Shown: piece by piece, positions 1 through 16,112 of the stretch
How the letters are laid out: each line of letters begins with the position of its first letter
How positions within the stretch are numbered: the stretch's first letter is position 1
Assembly: GCF_009914755.1 (NCBI RefSeq)
Contig: NC_060929.1
From: the human T2T-CHM13v2.0 reference genome, Homo sapiens
DNA: 64,000 nt
Reading direction: 5' to 3' (one strand)
Program-made: the position numbers and the translations under genes
Notes under the pieces: generated by a model
What the model was told of the DNA's origin: nothing
Seen by the model: only the letters and a program-made list of their open reading frames with translations
Database searches by the model: none

Positions 1-439
1 ATATCTGAACTCCCTTAGCACCCACGAGGGACAGGTCTGTGGGTGCCTCTTCTGCGTCACTGGTCACCCTTCCCACCCGGCTCCCCTCTGTGTCCCCTTT
101 TCCTCTAGGTTCCAGCCAGGTAGGGCCCTGGGGAGGCAGTTGAACAAGCATCCTTACTTTCTACCACTGTGCCCTCAGACACACGGTGCCCTCCCTGGAA
201 TGCCCTTCCCATGTCCAGCTGACCTGGCAGTGGGAAGTGACCACCTAATGAAGCCTTCTCTGATCTCCTGCCCGTAACACCAATGCCCCTATGGCACACA
301 CCTGGCAGAGAAGCAAATCCCAATGCCCCCACGTATCCGGCTGACTTGGCCAATGCCCGTCTCTCTAGGTGCTTCTCACCATTGCCCATGTCCACCAGTT
401 ACACAAGTCTTCTCCAGCGTCAGCTCTCTGCCTTCTCAG

Positions 440-772
440 CAACTGCACACTTTCTGTTCTCTCTGCCTGGGATGTTTTTTCCTGGGGATACCACACTTTG
501 ATTTTTCAGGTTCCAGCTTCCTGCACAAGAGAGACTATCCCTGACCACCCTATTTAAAATGCAGGCTCCTTTTCTTTCTTCTTGATCTCTGCACACTGCT
601 TGGTTTTCTCATTATACCAGCACAATTGCAATAATTTTGTGGAGGTCTTTGTGTACTTCATCCTTCTGCCTCCCGGCACTTTCCACTGCATTGAGGGAGG
701 AGACCTTGCCAATGATGCTCCTAATTGTATTTCTGGCCTTTGAAAAATAGTGCTTAATAAATATTCAATGAA
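440..772 (+). mobile_element. L2 (LINE2) 3' fragment
   Basis: L2-type motifs tctctgcctggga, ccctgaccaccctatttaaaat and the 3' end gtgcttaataaatattcaatgaa. Confidence 0.65.
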
Positions 773-1299
773 GAGATGGTGACTGTGTGGGTGTAGACAT
801 ATGAAAGAACTCTGTTAATATGTGTGGATTACACTCTATGTAAATGACATTTTAATAAAAAGTAGATACCAAATGTATTGGCTATTTGAAAGAACAGCTG
901 GAGCATGAATTTGCCCATGAGTCTCATTCTTCGTATTTTTGTCGCTGGTGTTTAACAGAGTCTGATCCAACATCTCCTCCATTCTAAGATGCTCGTGTTC
1001 CCATGATGTAAAGTGGGAGAAATCAGAGCACATTACGCTAATGTGCTCTTCCTTTATATTTCCTCTCTGAAAGTCATCATTAAACCAATGGTGTATCTTC
1101 AAATAGGTGACATATCTTAGAGGACTGAACTTAAAAAACAGTGTTTATGGAAATCACTCACTTAAATGTTGAACTAACTGGACCTGAAAAGGGATCAACT
1201 CTTAAGGGAGCTCGAAAAGGAGGTTTGGGGGGTTCCCACCCTACTTCCATCGCCTGTTTAAGGGGAACAGCCCTTTGAAAGAGCTACAGAGAGCACACT

Positions 1300-1530
1300 A
1301 GTGAAGGCCTTGGGATTGGATCACCCGTGGCTGGACCCTGGTTTGCCACTTGGCAGTTGTGTGACCTTGAGCAGAGTGCTCAGCCTCTCTGAACCTTAGT
1401 TCCTCATGAAAGAGGGAGCATCATCCATACCTTGCAGAGCCCTGGTAAGGATTAAGTGAGATAAAGCTGGGGAAGTCCTTAGCCTCGCGGCAGGTGTGTA
1501 GCAAGCCCTTAATGGAGAGAGGTTATTATT
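1300..1530 (+). mobile_element. MIR SINE
   Basis: Core tgtgtgaccttgagcaga...cctctctgaaccttagttcctc and taaggattaagtgagataa. Confidence 0.75.
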
Positions 1531-2667
1531 AGGAGAATTTTGCTCCAGCCCAGCCCCTGCCCTGGGACCTTGGCGCTCACAATCAGCCCACTGTAAGTGC
1601 CACATAATGGTGTGTGTGTGTGTGAGAAGGGACCAGGGTACAGGGGAGGAGGAGGAGGTACTGCCCTGGGGCCTTGCACCCTCGAATTATCTTCCTCCCA
1701 GCCCAGTCAAGCTGTTTCCTTCCCTCTGCTAACCTTCAGTCCTCTGAAAACCCAGCTGTAAGCCCCAGGCGTGCTGGGAACAAAAGGGCACAGTCAATAA
1801 TCATTTCAGCTGATGTCAGAACCTCTTGTCCCTCCAACGTCCCTGCGCTTCAGAAGCCAGGAGAGGATTTCATCCTCAAAATTGGAGCCTGCCCATCTCG
1901 TAGTCTCAGCTCTCACGAGTGCCCAACTGCTGCCCTCTCTGAGTATCCTGAACTGCCTGGAATCCTGAGCCAGCCAATGCTGTTTTCACCTCTGAGCCTT
2001 TGCTCTTGCCATCCTCATCCGCTGACGCTCCCTGCATATTCCACTTCCAGCCCTGGGCCCTGAAATGGGATCTCCTTCTTGCCTCTATTTTACAGGTGAG
2101 CCAACTGAATACCAGAGAAGTTTGACAACCTGCCCTAGGTGACGCGGTAGCATCTCACTTCCAAGGGCATTAGGTGATCCCCCACATCATTCGCCAAAAT
2201 AGTAGTCAAGATGTCTGCAGAGCCCCCGGACACCAGGCTTCATGTTCACTCTCTCGTTAAGTGTCACGATGCTATGAAGTCGGTACTGTTCTCTCCACTT
2301 TATAGATGAGGACGCTGATGTGTTCAGTCACTTGCCTGTTGGCACACATTGGCTAGCAGAGGTGGTCCTGCATCTCTAGTCCCTCGGGACTCAAGCCGGT
2401 GCCCTAAACCACCTCATTCTACTGATTTCTGGGGATTGGCATCCTGAAATTGGGACACGCTGTTTTGTAGTAAAACAAAAGATTCAGGGCCTCAGGAGGA
2501 GCCCCAAAGAAGGTGGGCTTCCCTGACCAGGCCAGGCAAGTAGCACTTCTTCTTCCTCAATTCCTCCAAGATCCTTGTTTTTCACAGGATATAGTAAGGT
2601 TTTAGCCCTGGGGGCCCAAATACCTTGGTCACTTTGCAGTAGAAGTGCAGTTTTGTTTAGTTTTGTT

Positions 2668-2882
2668 ATATATATATACACACACACACACATATATATA
2701 CATATATACACACATATATATACATATATATACACATATATGACATATATATGCACATATATATGACATATATATACATATATACACATATATGCACATA
2801 TATATGACATATATATTTATGTATAATGTAAAATATAACATATATTTATATAATGTATAAAGTATAATAAATATACATATAT
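2668..2882. repeat. (TA)n/(CATATA)n low-complexity tract, probably a mutated L1 poly(A) tail
   Basis: Direct reading of tatata/cacatata units; abuts the reverse-complement L1 3' terminus ttattatactttaag. Confidence 0.9.
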
Positions 2883-3620
<738 letters not shown>

Positions 3621-4307
3621 AAAATGTTAGGTTGGAGGCTGGGTTATGTTTTGTTTTTCCTGATACGGAGCCAGACATTCATAAGGATTCTTGCTTTCTT
3701 CAGGAGGCGGGTGCTGCAGCCAGGCAGCTGGAAACAGGGATGTGGAAACAGTCCCAGGGCCGAGTGGGGACAGCCAATTTCATCAAGTGCCCCTGCCCAG
3801 CAGGGGAATTGCTGCTTGAGATTTGGAGGCTACCTGCTGAGGCCTGCCTGCCAGTCCAGTGAGTGGGCCCCTCTGGGCCAGGCGCCTATTTTCATTATCA
3901 AGGCCACATTCCTGGGATTCCTTGGTGACTAGGCGCTTATTACAAGAGAATCAAAGTGCCAAAGGAAACTACTCATTTGAGGCCGAGACCTGGATTTTTC
4001 ATTTTTATAATTGGCCTTTGGGTCTGCATGTCCTGGGGATACTGGCGGAAGGGAGCTGTTGGACAAAGTATCTCTATGGGGCCCCAGTCACCCCTGGGGG
4101 AGGGCGGGACTGGCCCCCTGCCAGATCTGCTGCGCCCATGCAGAAGGCCCTCCAGAGGTCATGTTGTCCAGCCCCTGCCACTCGGCCTGACTCATCAGCA
4201 CCTAGGCCAGAAGGACAGGTGCTTATCTGAGAGCTGACAAATCTTTGTAGAAGGAACCAAAGACTTGGAAATCCCCTCTGCGTCCTCCCAACCAGCTATC
4301 TATCCAG

Positions 4308-4928
4308 CCCAGCAGTTCTCAACTGAGAGTGAATTTCCCTCCAGGGGACATTTGGCAATGTCTAGAGAAATTTTTGGTTGTCACAACTGGGTGTTTAGAA
4401 AAGGGAAGGTGCTACTTGCATCTAGTGGGTAGAAGCCAAGGATGCTGTTGCTAGGGACTGAATGCTTGTGTCCCCCCAAAATTCCTGTGTTGAAAACCTA
4501 ACAACCCCTCATGTGATGGTATTAGGAGGTGGGGCCTTTGGAAGGTGATTAAGTCATGAGAAGGAGCCCTCATAACTGGGACTAGTACCCTTGTAAGAAG
4601 GGGCCAGGGTGTTCTCTTTCTCTCTCCACCACGTATGGATACAAAGAGAAGTCAGCAGTTTGCAACCCCGAAGAGGGCCCTCGTGGGAACCTGACCATGC
4701 TGGCACCCTGATCTCAGACCTCTAGCCTCCAGAACTGGGAGAAATACATTTCTGTTGTTTAGAAGCCACCAGCTATATGGTTTTTGTATTGCAGCCGAAT
4801 ATGTTTTTGTATTGCAGCCGAATGGACTAAGACAGATGCTAAACATCTTACAAGGCACAGGGCAGCTCCTCATAATGAAGAATGATCTGGCTGCAACTGT
4901 CAGTAGTGCTGAGGCTGAGAAGCCGGGG
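4308..4928 (+). mobile_element. MER20 (hAT-Charlie) split by an LTR insertion (halves ~4308-4448 and 4835-4928)
   Basis: cagttctcaac...ggggacatttggcaatgtctagaga...gcatctagtgggtaga, resuming as gatgctaaacatc...gtgctgaggctgagaa. Confidence 0.85.
4449..4834 (+). mobile_element. MaLR solo LTR (MLT1A-like)
   Basis: Starts tgctagggactgaatgcttgtgtccccccaaaattc and ends ggactaagaca; degenerate 5-bp TSD gctgt/gatgc. Confidence 0.85.
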
Positions 4929-5119
4929 GCTGGCCTCGATCCCCTGCCCTGCATCGAGTGCCCATGCTTTCCCAGCTAGAGTTCATGGAAATGTAAGATG
5001 GGAGGATGGGCTGCTCAGGTGCATCCTTTAGGAAGACAAGAAGTGTGGCCCAGCGCAGGTGGGAATAAAGGCCAAAAGACACACCTTTTTACCAGATGGA
5101 CAGCAACGGGGACATAACA

Positions 5120-5340
5120 GGGGATTTGGAACCCTGCAGACCTGGGTCTACACCTGGGCTCCATTCCTCAGCTGTGGAGCCCTGGGCGGGTCACTTCATC
5201 GGTCTGAGCCTGATTTGTGAAATAGGAGGATCATCCCCCTTGCAGTGAGGGATGTACATCTACCTCATGGGGTAGGTATAAGAATTAGCAGGGATGATAC
5301 CTGCAGTACCTCTAGCGTATGCCTGACACGCAGAAGGTTC
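5120..5340 (+). mobile_element. MIR SINE (diverged)
   Basis: gacctgggtct...gggtcacttcatcggtctgagcctg...tgcctgacacgcag. Confidence 0.55.
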
Positions 5341-7958
5341 TCCACACGTGAGTCTCCTCCTTCCTCCCCCTACAAGAACCTGCCTGTCTGTACCTTCCTT
5401 CTTCCTGGCCTCCTAAGACCCATTCTCTGCCCCAGCCAGATGAAGCCTTGCTGCCCCATTCTCTCCTTTGTGCCCTTGGCCTCCCTCCTCTCTTCCTCTC
5501 CAAATCCTCCCAGCACCACGGCCTCTCTCCCTCTAGAGCATCCATGCAGCCCCCACCCCCTGGCCATTCTCCTAACCCAGCACAGATGCCCACCTGGCCC
5601 ACATGCTGGCTCCCATGGGTTGCTCCTGGCTTTAGGAGGCATGAGGGTGTATTGGGGAGTATGTGGTGTGTGTAGTATGTGGTGGGTTTGAGTGGTATGT
5701 ACACACAAGTTTGCACGCATACTGGGCATGCTTGTGTGTGAACATGTGTTTATGTGTCTTGTGTGGATGCGTGTGGCCTGGGACTGCTTCCTTTTCCTTT
5801 TGTTTTCTCCCAGTCACTGCAGGACACTTTGCAATATGCTGGGTTCATTAGCTGAGAAGGGCCCTTGGGGAAAACTGGAGAGACGAATGTCTCCAGATTT
5901 TCCAAACAGTCTCATCATTCCCTCCCTCTGTGAAGGATGCCAGGAAGAAACCCATTATCATAGACTTTCCCCAGCCCATCCATCCTCCTTTTCTGAGCAC
6001 TGACTCTGGCCAAGCCCTGTCTTAGACACCAGGACAGACAGAGGAACCACACACGACCCCTGCTGAGGGTCATGGTGGAGTGGGGCGCTCTCCAGTCAGC
6101 CAGGCCACACCCGGAGAGTGGGACCTGCTTTTCAAAGTTGAAATACTCCTTAATGATTGGTATACAGTGCCTACTCAGGGCCCTGAGGGCACCCTGATTC
6201 CCCAAATCCAGCAGCGACACTGCTCCAGGGCTGTGCCTGGCCTCCTTCCACTGGCTCTGATTGTTTGGTGCTTTTGCCATACCAGTTGTTAAATACTTTT
6301 AATAAGACTCGTTGGAGACAGATGCACGATCATTCTGGAATTCACTAAGAGCTCCAACCGGAGGTGTCAAGAAGATGGAGCCACTAACTCTGCCTGCAGG
6401 TTGTCAAAAAAAATCTTCAGGAAGAAAAAGATTCTCCTCTGTGGTCAAGAAATCTGAGAGAGGGTCTGCACGGATATAAGAGGGACAGGTTAACCACACA
6501 CAGGGAATAAGAAGCGCAAAGGCAGGGAGGAGCGGGGCAGAATCTTTGGCAGAAGGTGACATGTTCCCAAGAGTGTGGGATATGGGGATAACTGGAAAGG
6601 CAGTCAGAAAACTAAGCTGGAAAAGGCCTTGAACGCCAAATTCAGGTGCAGCAGCTACCTCAGCCTTCCCCAGGACTGCGGAGGACCGTGTCAGTGCCAT
6701 GCTGTAACCCAGGTCTAGGATTGGCTATATAGTTCATGGGGCCCAGTGCGAACTAAAAATCTGGAGTTCCTTTTAAAAAAAGATTATTAGGAATTTCAAG
6801 ACAGCAACAGCAGAGCATTAAACTGGGGACAGAGTTCTTGTAAACATAGGTCCCCATGTGACTGTACAAATTGTGTGCCCATGAAGCAGGTGCCACCAGG
6901 ACCACTGGTCTGAACAGATGTTCTGTCTGGGATTTAGAAGAAGGTAGCCTGAGACCACCAGGCCTGGGTGAGGAAGCAGGAAATGCCTCTGCAGAATTCC
7001 CTGTGGCCTTCCTGGAGATCACCTGCTTCCCTTGGTAAGGTATCCAGTTACCACTCCAAAGGTGCTGTTTTCAGAGCGTTCATTCATCAGCTGGATTAGT
7101 GCAGCACTTTTTGCTAATGCCTTGCCCGCCCAGCTGACCCTGCCACTGCTTCTGGCAAGTGCAGGCTCTGACCAATGGCCTGTGGCTTGGGAACCTGCCT
7201 GGAGCCTGCCCAGGCTCCATCTCATACAGGGCCCAGCTGGTGAGTGAAGGGGGCTTTAGTGGCCACCTCGCCAGGAGTCAACAAGCCCAGTGCTTCTGGG
7301 AAAGTCACTGTGTCTCGTTGCTAATTCCCCTTTCCCAGAGAGGAGATAAGCCGCCAGATGGAGGTAGAAATGAACAGAGGCCTAACTGTCCTTTTGATGC
7401 AAATTGAGGCCTAAATCAAAGGCTCCTCTTCTTGGGGTTAATAGAATGATTTGGTTAAAAGTTTAGAAGCATTTCACCACAACCTCTGTCCTCAGCAACC
7501 TGCCCTCAGTATTTGCATATGTTTTGAATGAAAATTGTCAGGACCATGCAAACTAGACAGCTAAATGTGTCTTATCAGATGGCCGTGGGGGGATCTTAGG
7601 GGGAACAGGAGAGAAACACAGGTCAGACTGAGGCTCTTGTGTGGCTCTGGACCTCAGTGATAGCATCTGCACTGGCCCAGGCTGATAAGCAGCTTTCTCC
7701 ATTTCACCTGCACTTCTGTGACTAACAAGCCACCTGCAGAAACTCGGAGACTTGGTGGGACCTGGAGAAAGATAAAGGACTCTTTATGTCCCTCCAGATC
7801 CCAGGGAGTTCAAGCATGAGGAGAAGGGTGAGGGTGCTGCTGCTCCTAAAAAGGGTTCCCCTCAGTGGATCCATTACTCCATTAATCATTAAGCACTCCA
7901 TTCAGTCATTTCTTCCTTCAATAGTTCAACTGTCTTTACAAATAATACCTATCTTTAG

Positions 7959-8526
<568 letters not shown>

Positions 8527-9539
8527 AACTGGTTTCCTTTTACTGCCACTTTCACTAACCGTGGTATTTCTCCATGGGCAGCATTCTTGGCATTTGGGTG
8601 TGTAGGACTGTCCCTCACATAGTGACCTCTTACTCATGAATTGCCAGTGTCACATTCAGATTCTTATGGCAACCAGAAGCTCCCCTGCTCCCAGCATTTC
8701 TGGACTCAGCCTGGGCTGGGGAGGTTAGCTCAGACCAAATATCTCCTTTCTGCCAGTTGCTCTGCTAGGCCCAGGTCATGCTGAGCAGAGCAAGATGTAG
8801 TTGAAAACCAAATAAGTCACGTGTTCCAGCTTGCTGGGGTTTTGTGAAGAAAGCAGCCACCCCTCCAGTCATATAGTTTGCAGGTTGGGATTTGCATTTT
8901 GATTTCCAAAGACCCTTGAACAACTTAGCACTGCCCACCGCCCTTCAGAGCTTATTTCCACTTCCTGCCTGCCTATAGGTTCCAAGCTCATTATAACTAG
9001 CCTAAATTGCTTTTCGAATGGGAAAACACAGTAAACTTATTTTATACAAAATTTATTTATGAGATATTAACATGCCCAGTACTTGGGCAAGCACTGTGTG
9101 AGAGGTAATAGATATGGAAGAAAAATATTCAAATCTGCTTACAAAACAAGGACAATCCATTTTCATTTCAAACTGCTTAATATATTCAAGGGTTAGAGAA
9201 TAAGGACAAGAAAGCCTATATATGTTTTAGAGGATGATTCTTGTGTCATGGAATTGTTCACGGCAGGCTTCCCGAGATGGTTGATAATGTGATTCAGAGA
9301 AGCTTCCACCTACCCCAGGACTGTGAGGTGTGCACATCACCTGTAATAGAAATGATAGTGATGCCATAAATGACACCATCACACTTATCATTAACTTAGT
9401 TTCTCTTGTATGTGCGGGCTTCTACACATCCTGATGGCAACGATAATGGCGATGACTTGATGTAATGAGCTTAAGTGAGACATCGTGTGCCTAACATACA
9501 GTAAGCATGCAGCAATGGAGAGTTTCAGTGTTTATCTCA

Positions 9540-9680
9540 CTTCTTTCTCATCATAGCCCTTGCAGTAGGTGTTATCTTTCCCGTTTTGTCTGCTAGAGAC
9601 CAGAGGTCAGTGAGATTCAGACACTGCCATAGATCACAACAGCTACTAGATGGAGGAGCTGGGATTTGAACCTTCCTCCC
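9540..9680 (-). mobile_element. MIR SINE
   Basis: gtaggtgttatctttcccgttttg...gaggtcagtgag...ggagctgggatttgaacc. Confidence 0.65.
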
Positions 9681-10454
9681 CTAAAAGCCAGGATGAAGCG
9701 GGTTAGAGCTTTGCTGGAGTTGCTTGGCTAAATTAGGGGCTACACCAACCCAACTTTTCTTCTTCATGTTCAAGTTTCTTTGATGGGTTTATTTCTATGG
9801 ACTTTCCTCAATACTTCCAGAGACTGACTTGCTTTTGTTTGCCATTTCTCAGCCATTTGCTTTGGTTTGAGTGGAAAATCCTCAGCATTGGATCCTTTGC
9901 TGTTCAGCTTTAATTCAACCCTAAATTAAAGGCCTTTTAACTTTCACTTGAGTTTCTCAAGCTCTTCCTATTTCTATCTAGATCAAAGCCTAGTTTGTAG
10001 TCTGATGGAGCCTGAATATTGAAATCTATCCCCTTGGGCATACCCAGTTACTAAATTTGTTTAAATGTTTTTGAACATTAGTTTTAGAGAAGGAAAAGCC
10101 AGAGTTTGCTTTGGACCAAAGACTCCTCACTTACTGGGACTGTCATAATCTTCAAGAGCTTTCATTTATCTCTACAGCATAATTCATAAATCCTTCCTAC
10201 TTTTCAGAAGAAGGCACATTCAGGCGTTATGGCGGCCCCCACACTGCCTTTGACCCATATGGTCTTTTAAATATATTTAATGAATTGTCATGATTCAAAA
10301 ATCAAGGGGTTTCATATAACAAAAGAGATTTCCTGCTTCTGCTTGAAAAGGATCTAGACATATCTAGAAGATCTGGAAAGACTAGGCCTGCATTTTGAGC
10401 CCCTGAATAACAGTTGCTCCCTATAGATAGCCATGTAGTCCCTACCATGAGCCC

Positions 10455-11372
<918 letters not shown>

Positions 11373-11374
11373 AA

Positions 11375-11884
11375 TGTGTTTTTCCCTGAAGAACCATGAA
11401 TTCAAATTAAAACAGATTCAAACAGAGCTGATCAGGTGCATATGAATGGGAGGTGGCGAGAAGAGGTGTCCAAGCCCAGCTGATTAAAACTCTGTCCTTG
11501 ACCAAACTTCGGACAGGCTCCTCTGTGCCCTCTTTTAAACCAGGCCTCATCCTTAGGTCTTGTCTTTGGCCTTCCTGGTCCAACTGTAGCAAAAATCCTG
11601 CTAAGTCAGTTTTCCTAGAATCTCCACATGCTTGCTATTTGGACACCTTCACTATCTGTTCAAATTCCTCATTCCCCATCTTTGATGTTTAAGTCTTTGG
11701 CCTGCCTTCAGCAGAAATTCTGTTAAGTTGGTTTAGCAAGAATCCCCTATCCCTGATGTCTCCACTTAGTAATTTTCCATTCAATGACCCCTCACTCTGC
11801 TCATTGGCTACAAATCCCTCTGTCTTTGCTGTATTTAAGTCTTCCTCACCACGTTAATGTGTCAGAATAATTTTCTTCTCTAAC
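11375..11884 (+). mobile_element. ERV1-type solo LTR (MER34/MER39-like)
   Basis: cttgaccaaacttcggacaggctcctctg, tttagcaagaatcccct, ends tctctaaca; subfamily from memory. Confidence 0.5.
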
Positions 11885-12096
11885 ACAGCTCACCAGGACT
11901 CTGACCCATCTCTAAGGAATCCTAGGCTACCAGCAACACTGTGCGAAATCTCTGGGTGCTTCCTGCTCTGAGAATCCAAGGGTTTTGGTAGGGAGCCAGG
12001 GATGAGATGACTTCATGGCACTTAGAACTTCTGTACACACTTAGAGGTACATTGCTATCTTTTTCTCTCAGGAATTCCACCTGTGGAGTTGGAAGC

Positions 12097-12666
<570 letters not shown>

Positions 12667-12999
12667 TTACAGTTTTACTATTGTAATTGCGATCAGCATT
12701 ATTCTCATTTTTTGAAGTGAGGACACTGAGACTCAAAAGAACATAACTTGCCCAAGGTCATACAAAGAGGAAGTGGCAGAACCAACACCAGAACTCAGGA
12801 CTATTACTTAAATTCACATACCATAACCTTTGAGACCCAACCTTGCATCTGGGTAAATATAGCATCGATCTTTTTAAACTTGCTGTTGCTATTTAAAAAC
12901 ATTGCTTTCTATTAAACACTGATATTTTATGGATTAGAATTACAAGGTCCCCCAAATTGTAGAAATTAAAATACAAGCGATTTCAAAAAATAGGTTGGG

Positions 13000-13120
13000 G
13001 ATGTTTCTGGCATTTTAAAAAGACAAATATTCAAGCTGATGGATATCCCAAGTACACTGATTTGTCCTTTACAAATTATATGAATGTATTAGATTATCAC
13101 ATGTACTCCAACAAAAAAAG
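13000..13120 (+). mobile_element. Very short L1 (L1MA-like) 3' end
   Basis: gatggatatcccaagtacactgatttg...tatcacatgtactcc plus A tail; TSD aaaataggttgg at ~12987 and 13121. Confidence 0.65.
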
Positions 13121-13561
13121 AAAATAGGTTGGATACAGATTACTCCTGGCTCCCCCAAGAAATATTCATTCATTTCCCTTTGCTCCTTAAAGTTCTTCAG
13201 TGGAAAATTGTGATAAGCAGTGGATTAAATCAAGTCCATTTTGCAGATGAAAAAAACTGAGGCTCAGAGGTACTGTTTTCATTAAGCATTGTTACATCCA
13301 TTTAGCTGATACATAGCCTTTAAAAAATCAGAAGCACCATATTATTTATTGGTTTATATTGAATTTAAATCCTCTTTCTAAGTCAATAAATTTTTTTGAC
13401 ATTTCACATGCAAGCACTGATAAATTCTGAGAGTGAAGACTTCCTGCTCTCATAGAGCTTAGATTCCAGAGGCTTAATTGAGTTCCAGATTAGAAAAGGT
13501 CTTTGGGCAAAATAAAGGTTTGCTCAACACTCCCTATTACTTCATATTCTGTACTGTACAG

Positions 13562-14689
13562 CAGTTGTTTTCAAAACGTTGTTCTAGGACCTCTGGGGGC
13601 ACCAAGACCTTTGCAGAGGATCTGCAGGATCAATGTTATTTTGATAATAATAAGATTTTTTTGCTGTACTGACATTTGCACTAATAGTGCAAAAGCAATG
13701 AAAGGTAAAACTGCCAAGGCTTAGCAGGAATCAAGGTGGTGGCACCAAACTGCACTAGTGATCACTGTATTCTTCACCATTCACGCAAATGGGAAAAAAG
13801 CTAGTTTCGCTCTAGAATGCCCTTAACAAAGCAGTCAGAGTTCATGTGTTTTTAATATTCTGTGTAATGAAACAGGAAGTGTGCAAAAAGCACTCGTGCT
13901 GCATATGAAGTTTCGTTGCATACTTGGCTTGGCTGTAGGCAAAGTACATTTGCCATGACTTGAGTTGCAAGCTGGACTTGAGTTGCAAGCTGGACTTGAG
14001 TTGCAAGCTGAACTTGCTACTTCTTTCAGCGGAACATCATTTTTACTTTGAAAGAACAACTGGCAGATGACGATGGTTTTTCAGTCTTGAGTATTCCAGA
14101 CATATTCTTGAAAATGAAACAAAATAAATTTGCCAACTCAAAAAACCTGACAGAATTTGTTGCATTGACAAAATTAGAGCTTTTGTGCAATATATATATA
14201 TAGAATTTTGGAAAAATTTTTCTGCCACTGTAAGCTTGTACTTAAAGTCTCCTGATGACATTAGGGGTATTCTTAACTATTTAAAAAAATATATTATACA
14301 AGGCAGTGTTTCAAAAAAACTCAGTGCAGCACCACTGATATTTTCTTCTATACTGCAACCAAAGCCACATATTACAATAGATTGAATGCAGACGCCAATG
14401 AGAATCCAGCTACCCTCCGGTAATCCAGATGTTTAAAAAGATCCACAAAATGTAAAACAATGTTATTGTTTTGTTTTGGAAAAATCAAGTTATTTTTCAT
14501 AAAACACTGTCTTAACATGTATCATGTTTATGATGTTTCATATGAATATATTCATATTTTAAAATTTATCAATTTTATTTCTATATAGTAACTATGGATT
14601 CGTATAATTCACTTAATAACTCTTTGAGAGCCTCAATAATTTCTAAGAATGTAAAGGGGTCCTGAAACCAAAATATTTGAGAACCACTG
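13562..14689 (+). mobile_element. Charlie1-family hAT DNA transposon (non-autonomous, ~1.13 kb)
   Basis: Termini cagttgttttcaaa and tttgagaaccactg form imperfect TIRs; subterminal ggggtcctgaaaccaaaa. Confidence 0.75.
13957..14010 (+). repeat. 3 x 18-bp perfect tandem repeat GACTTGAGTTGCAAGCTG
   Basis: Read directly; appears in the ORF track as ACNSSP repeats. Confidence 0.95.
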
Positions 14690-15241
14690 CCAACGGTAAA
14701 GAAGGGAGGCTTGCATTGCTCCGGTATTGTCCAGTTGTGCCCAGACCCTTTCAGGATTGTAAATGCCTGTCTCTCCGGGCTTAGGCTGTGATGGGGACAC
14801 CTGGAGGCTCCTTTGCATAGAGTCCCGGCCAAAAACAGATGGCAGACTCAGAAGAGTTCACTCAGGAAAATCTAATGGCCTACGTACTAAAGTCTGGACC
14901 AGGCTTAAGGACAGACACCAAGAAAGGTAAGAAGGCACCCAGGTTGTTAATTGTGTGATGCCATTGCCACCCCCCCAAGGACCTGAATGGGCAAAGGAGG
15001 GGGTGATCACCTGAACCGAGCCAGGTCTGTAGCTGTAGAATAGTCCTGCAGTGCCGCAACTGTGGCCTTGAATGATGAAGCACCACTGCTATCAACCTGT
15101 AGCCTAGAAAATCCTCGGATAATAAATGCACCAAACTCTCTCTCCTCTGGCCCTTCAAGCTCCTTTTGGTGCCACCAGTTGGCTGGACCCAGCCAGAAGC
15201 CAGCCTCCTGGGGCTTGAGCAGGATGGGGAAGCAGAGAGAA

Positions 15242-15570
15242 TGTTGTGGACTGAATGGTGTCCCCCCAGATTCATGGGTTGAAGCCCTAACCTCCAATGT
15301 GATGGTATTTGGAGGTGAGGCCTTTGGATGATAACTGGGTTTAGTTGAGGTTATGAGGCTGGGATTAGTGCCCTAATGAGAAGAGACACTAGTGGGTGCT
15401 CTCTCTGTCATATGAGGGCACCATGAGAAGGCACCATGAGCCAGGAACCTGATCATGCTGGCACCCTGATCTCAGACTTCCAGCCTCCAGAAATGTGAGA
15501 AGATGAATGGCTGTTGTTTAAGCCGCTCAGTCTATGGTATTTTGTTCTGGCAGCTGAGATGGTTAATATG
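15242..15570 (+). mobile_element. MaLR solo LTR (MLT1A/MST-like)
   Basis: tgttgtggactgaatggtgtcccccc...ctggcaccctgatctcagacttccagcctccagaa. Confidence 0.8.
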
Positions 15571-16112
15571 TATGGTAAAAATGGGGGCAAGGGACCCACA
15601 GAGAACACCTAGCACAGAGGTGAGGTGGTTTACTATAACCTTGAACCACCAACTGGGGTCACAGCAGGTGACGCCTCACAGCTGGTCTGAATGGATCTTG
15701 ACGGTCAAGGGCCACTGTCCCCAGCTCCATGCACCCTCAGTAACTGCCTCTAGGGGAATGGCTGGCTAGAGGATTCCAAATGATCATGACAATAGCAACA
15801 ACAACACCTGGCATTTGTAGATCACTTACTCTTTAATATTATCTTATTATCTCACTTACTCTTCACCACAGTCCTATAAAGCAGGAATAATTTTTAGCCC
15901 TGTTTTACTATGAGGACACTGAGGCTCAGTGAGGCTGAAACACCACCTTAAGTCAGGAGCCAGATTTCCGACCAAGGCCATCTGGCTCCAGACTCCTTGC
16001 TTTTCTACTCTCTACTACCATGACAGCTTCTTTAGCCTTCTTAGTGAGAGGACTGAGTCTGGTCTTCCAAGTAGGGGTTATATATTTAAGTCCATAAACC
16101 AAAAGACTCTAG

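Noticed and set aside
2484-2841. Y/I/C-rich ORFs
   Set aside because: Translations of the (TA)/(CATATA)n microsatellite.
13957-14010. Short direct repeats as a possible CRISPR-like array
   Set aside because: Contiguous tandem units with no spacers, in eukaryotic DNA.
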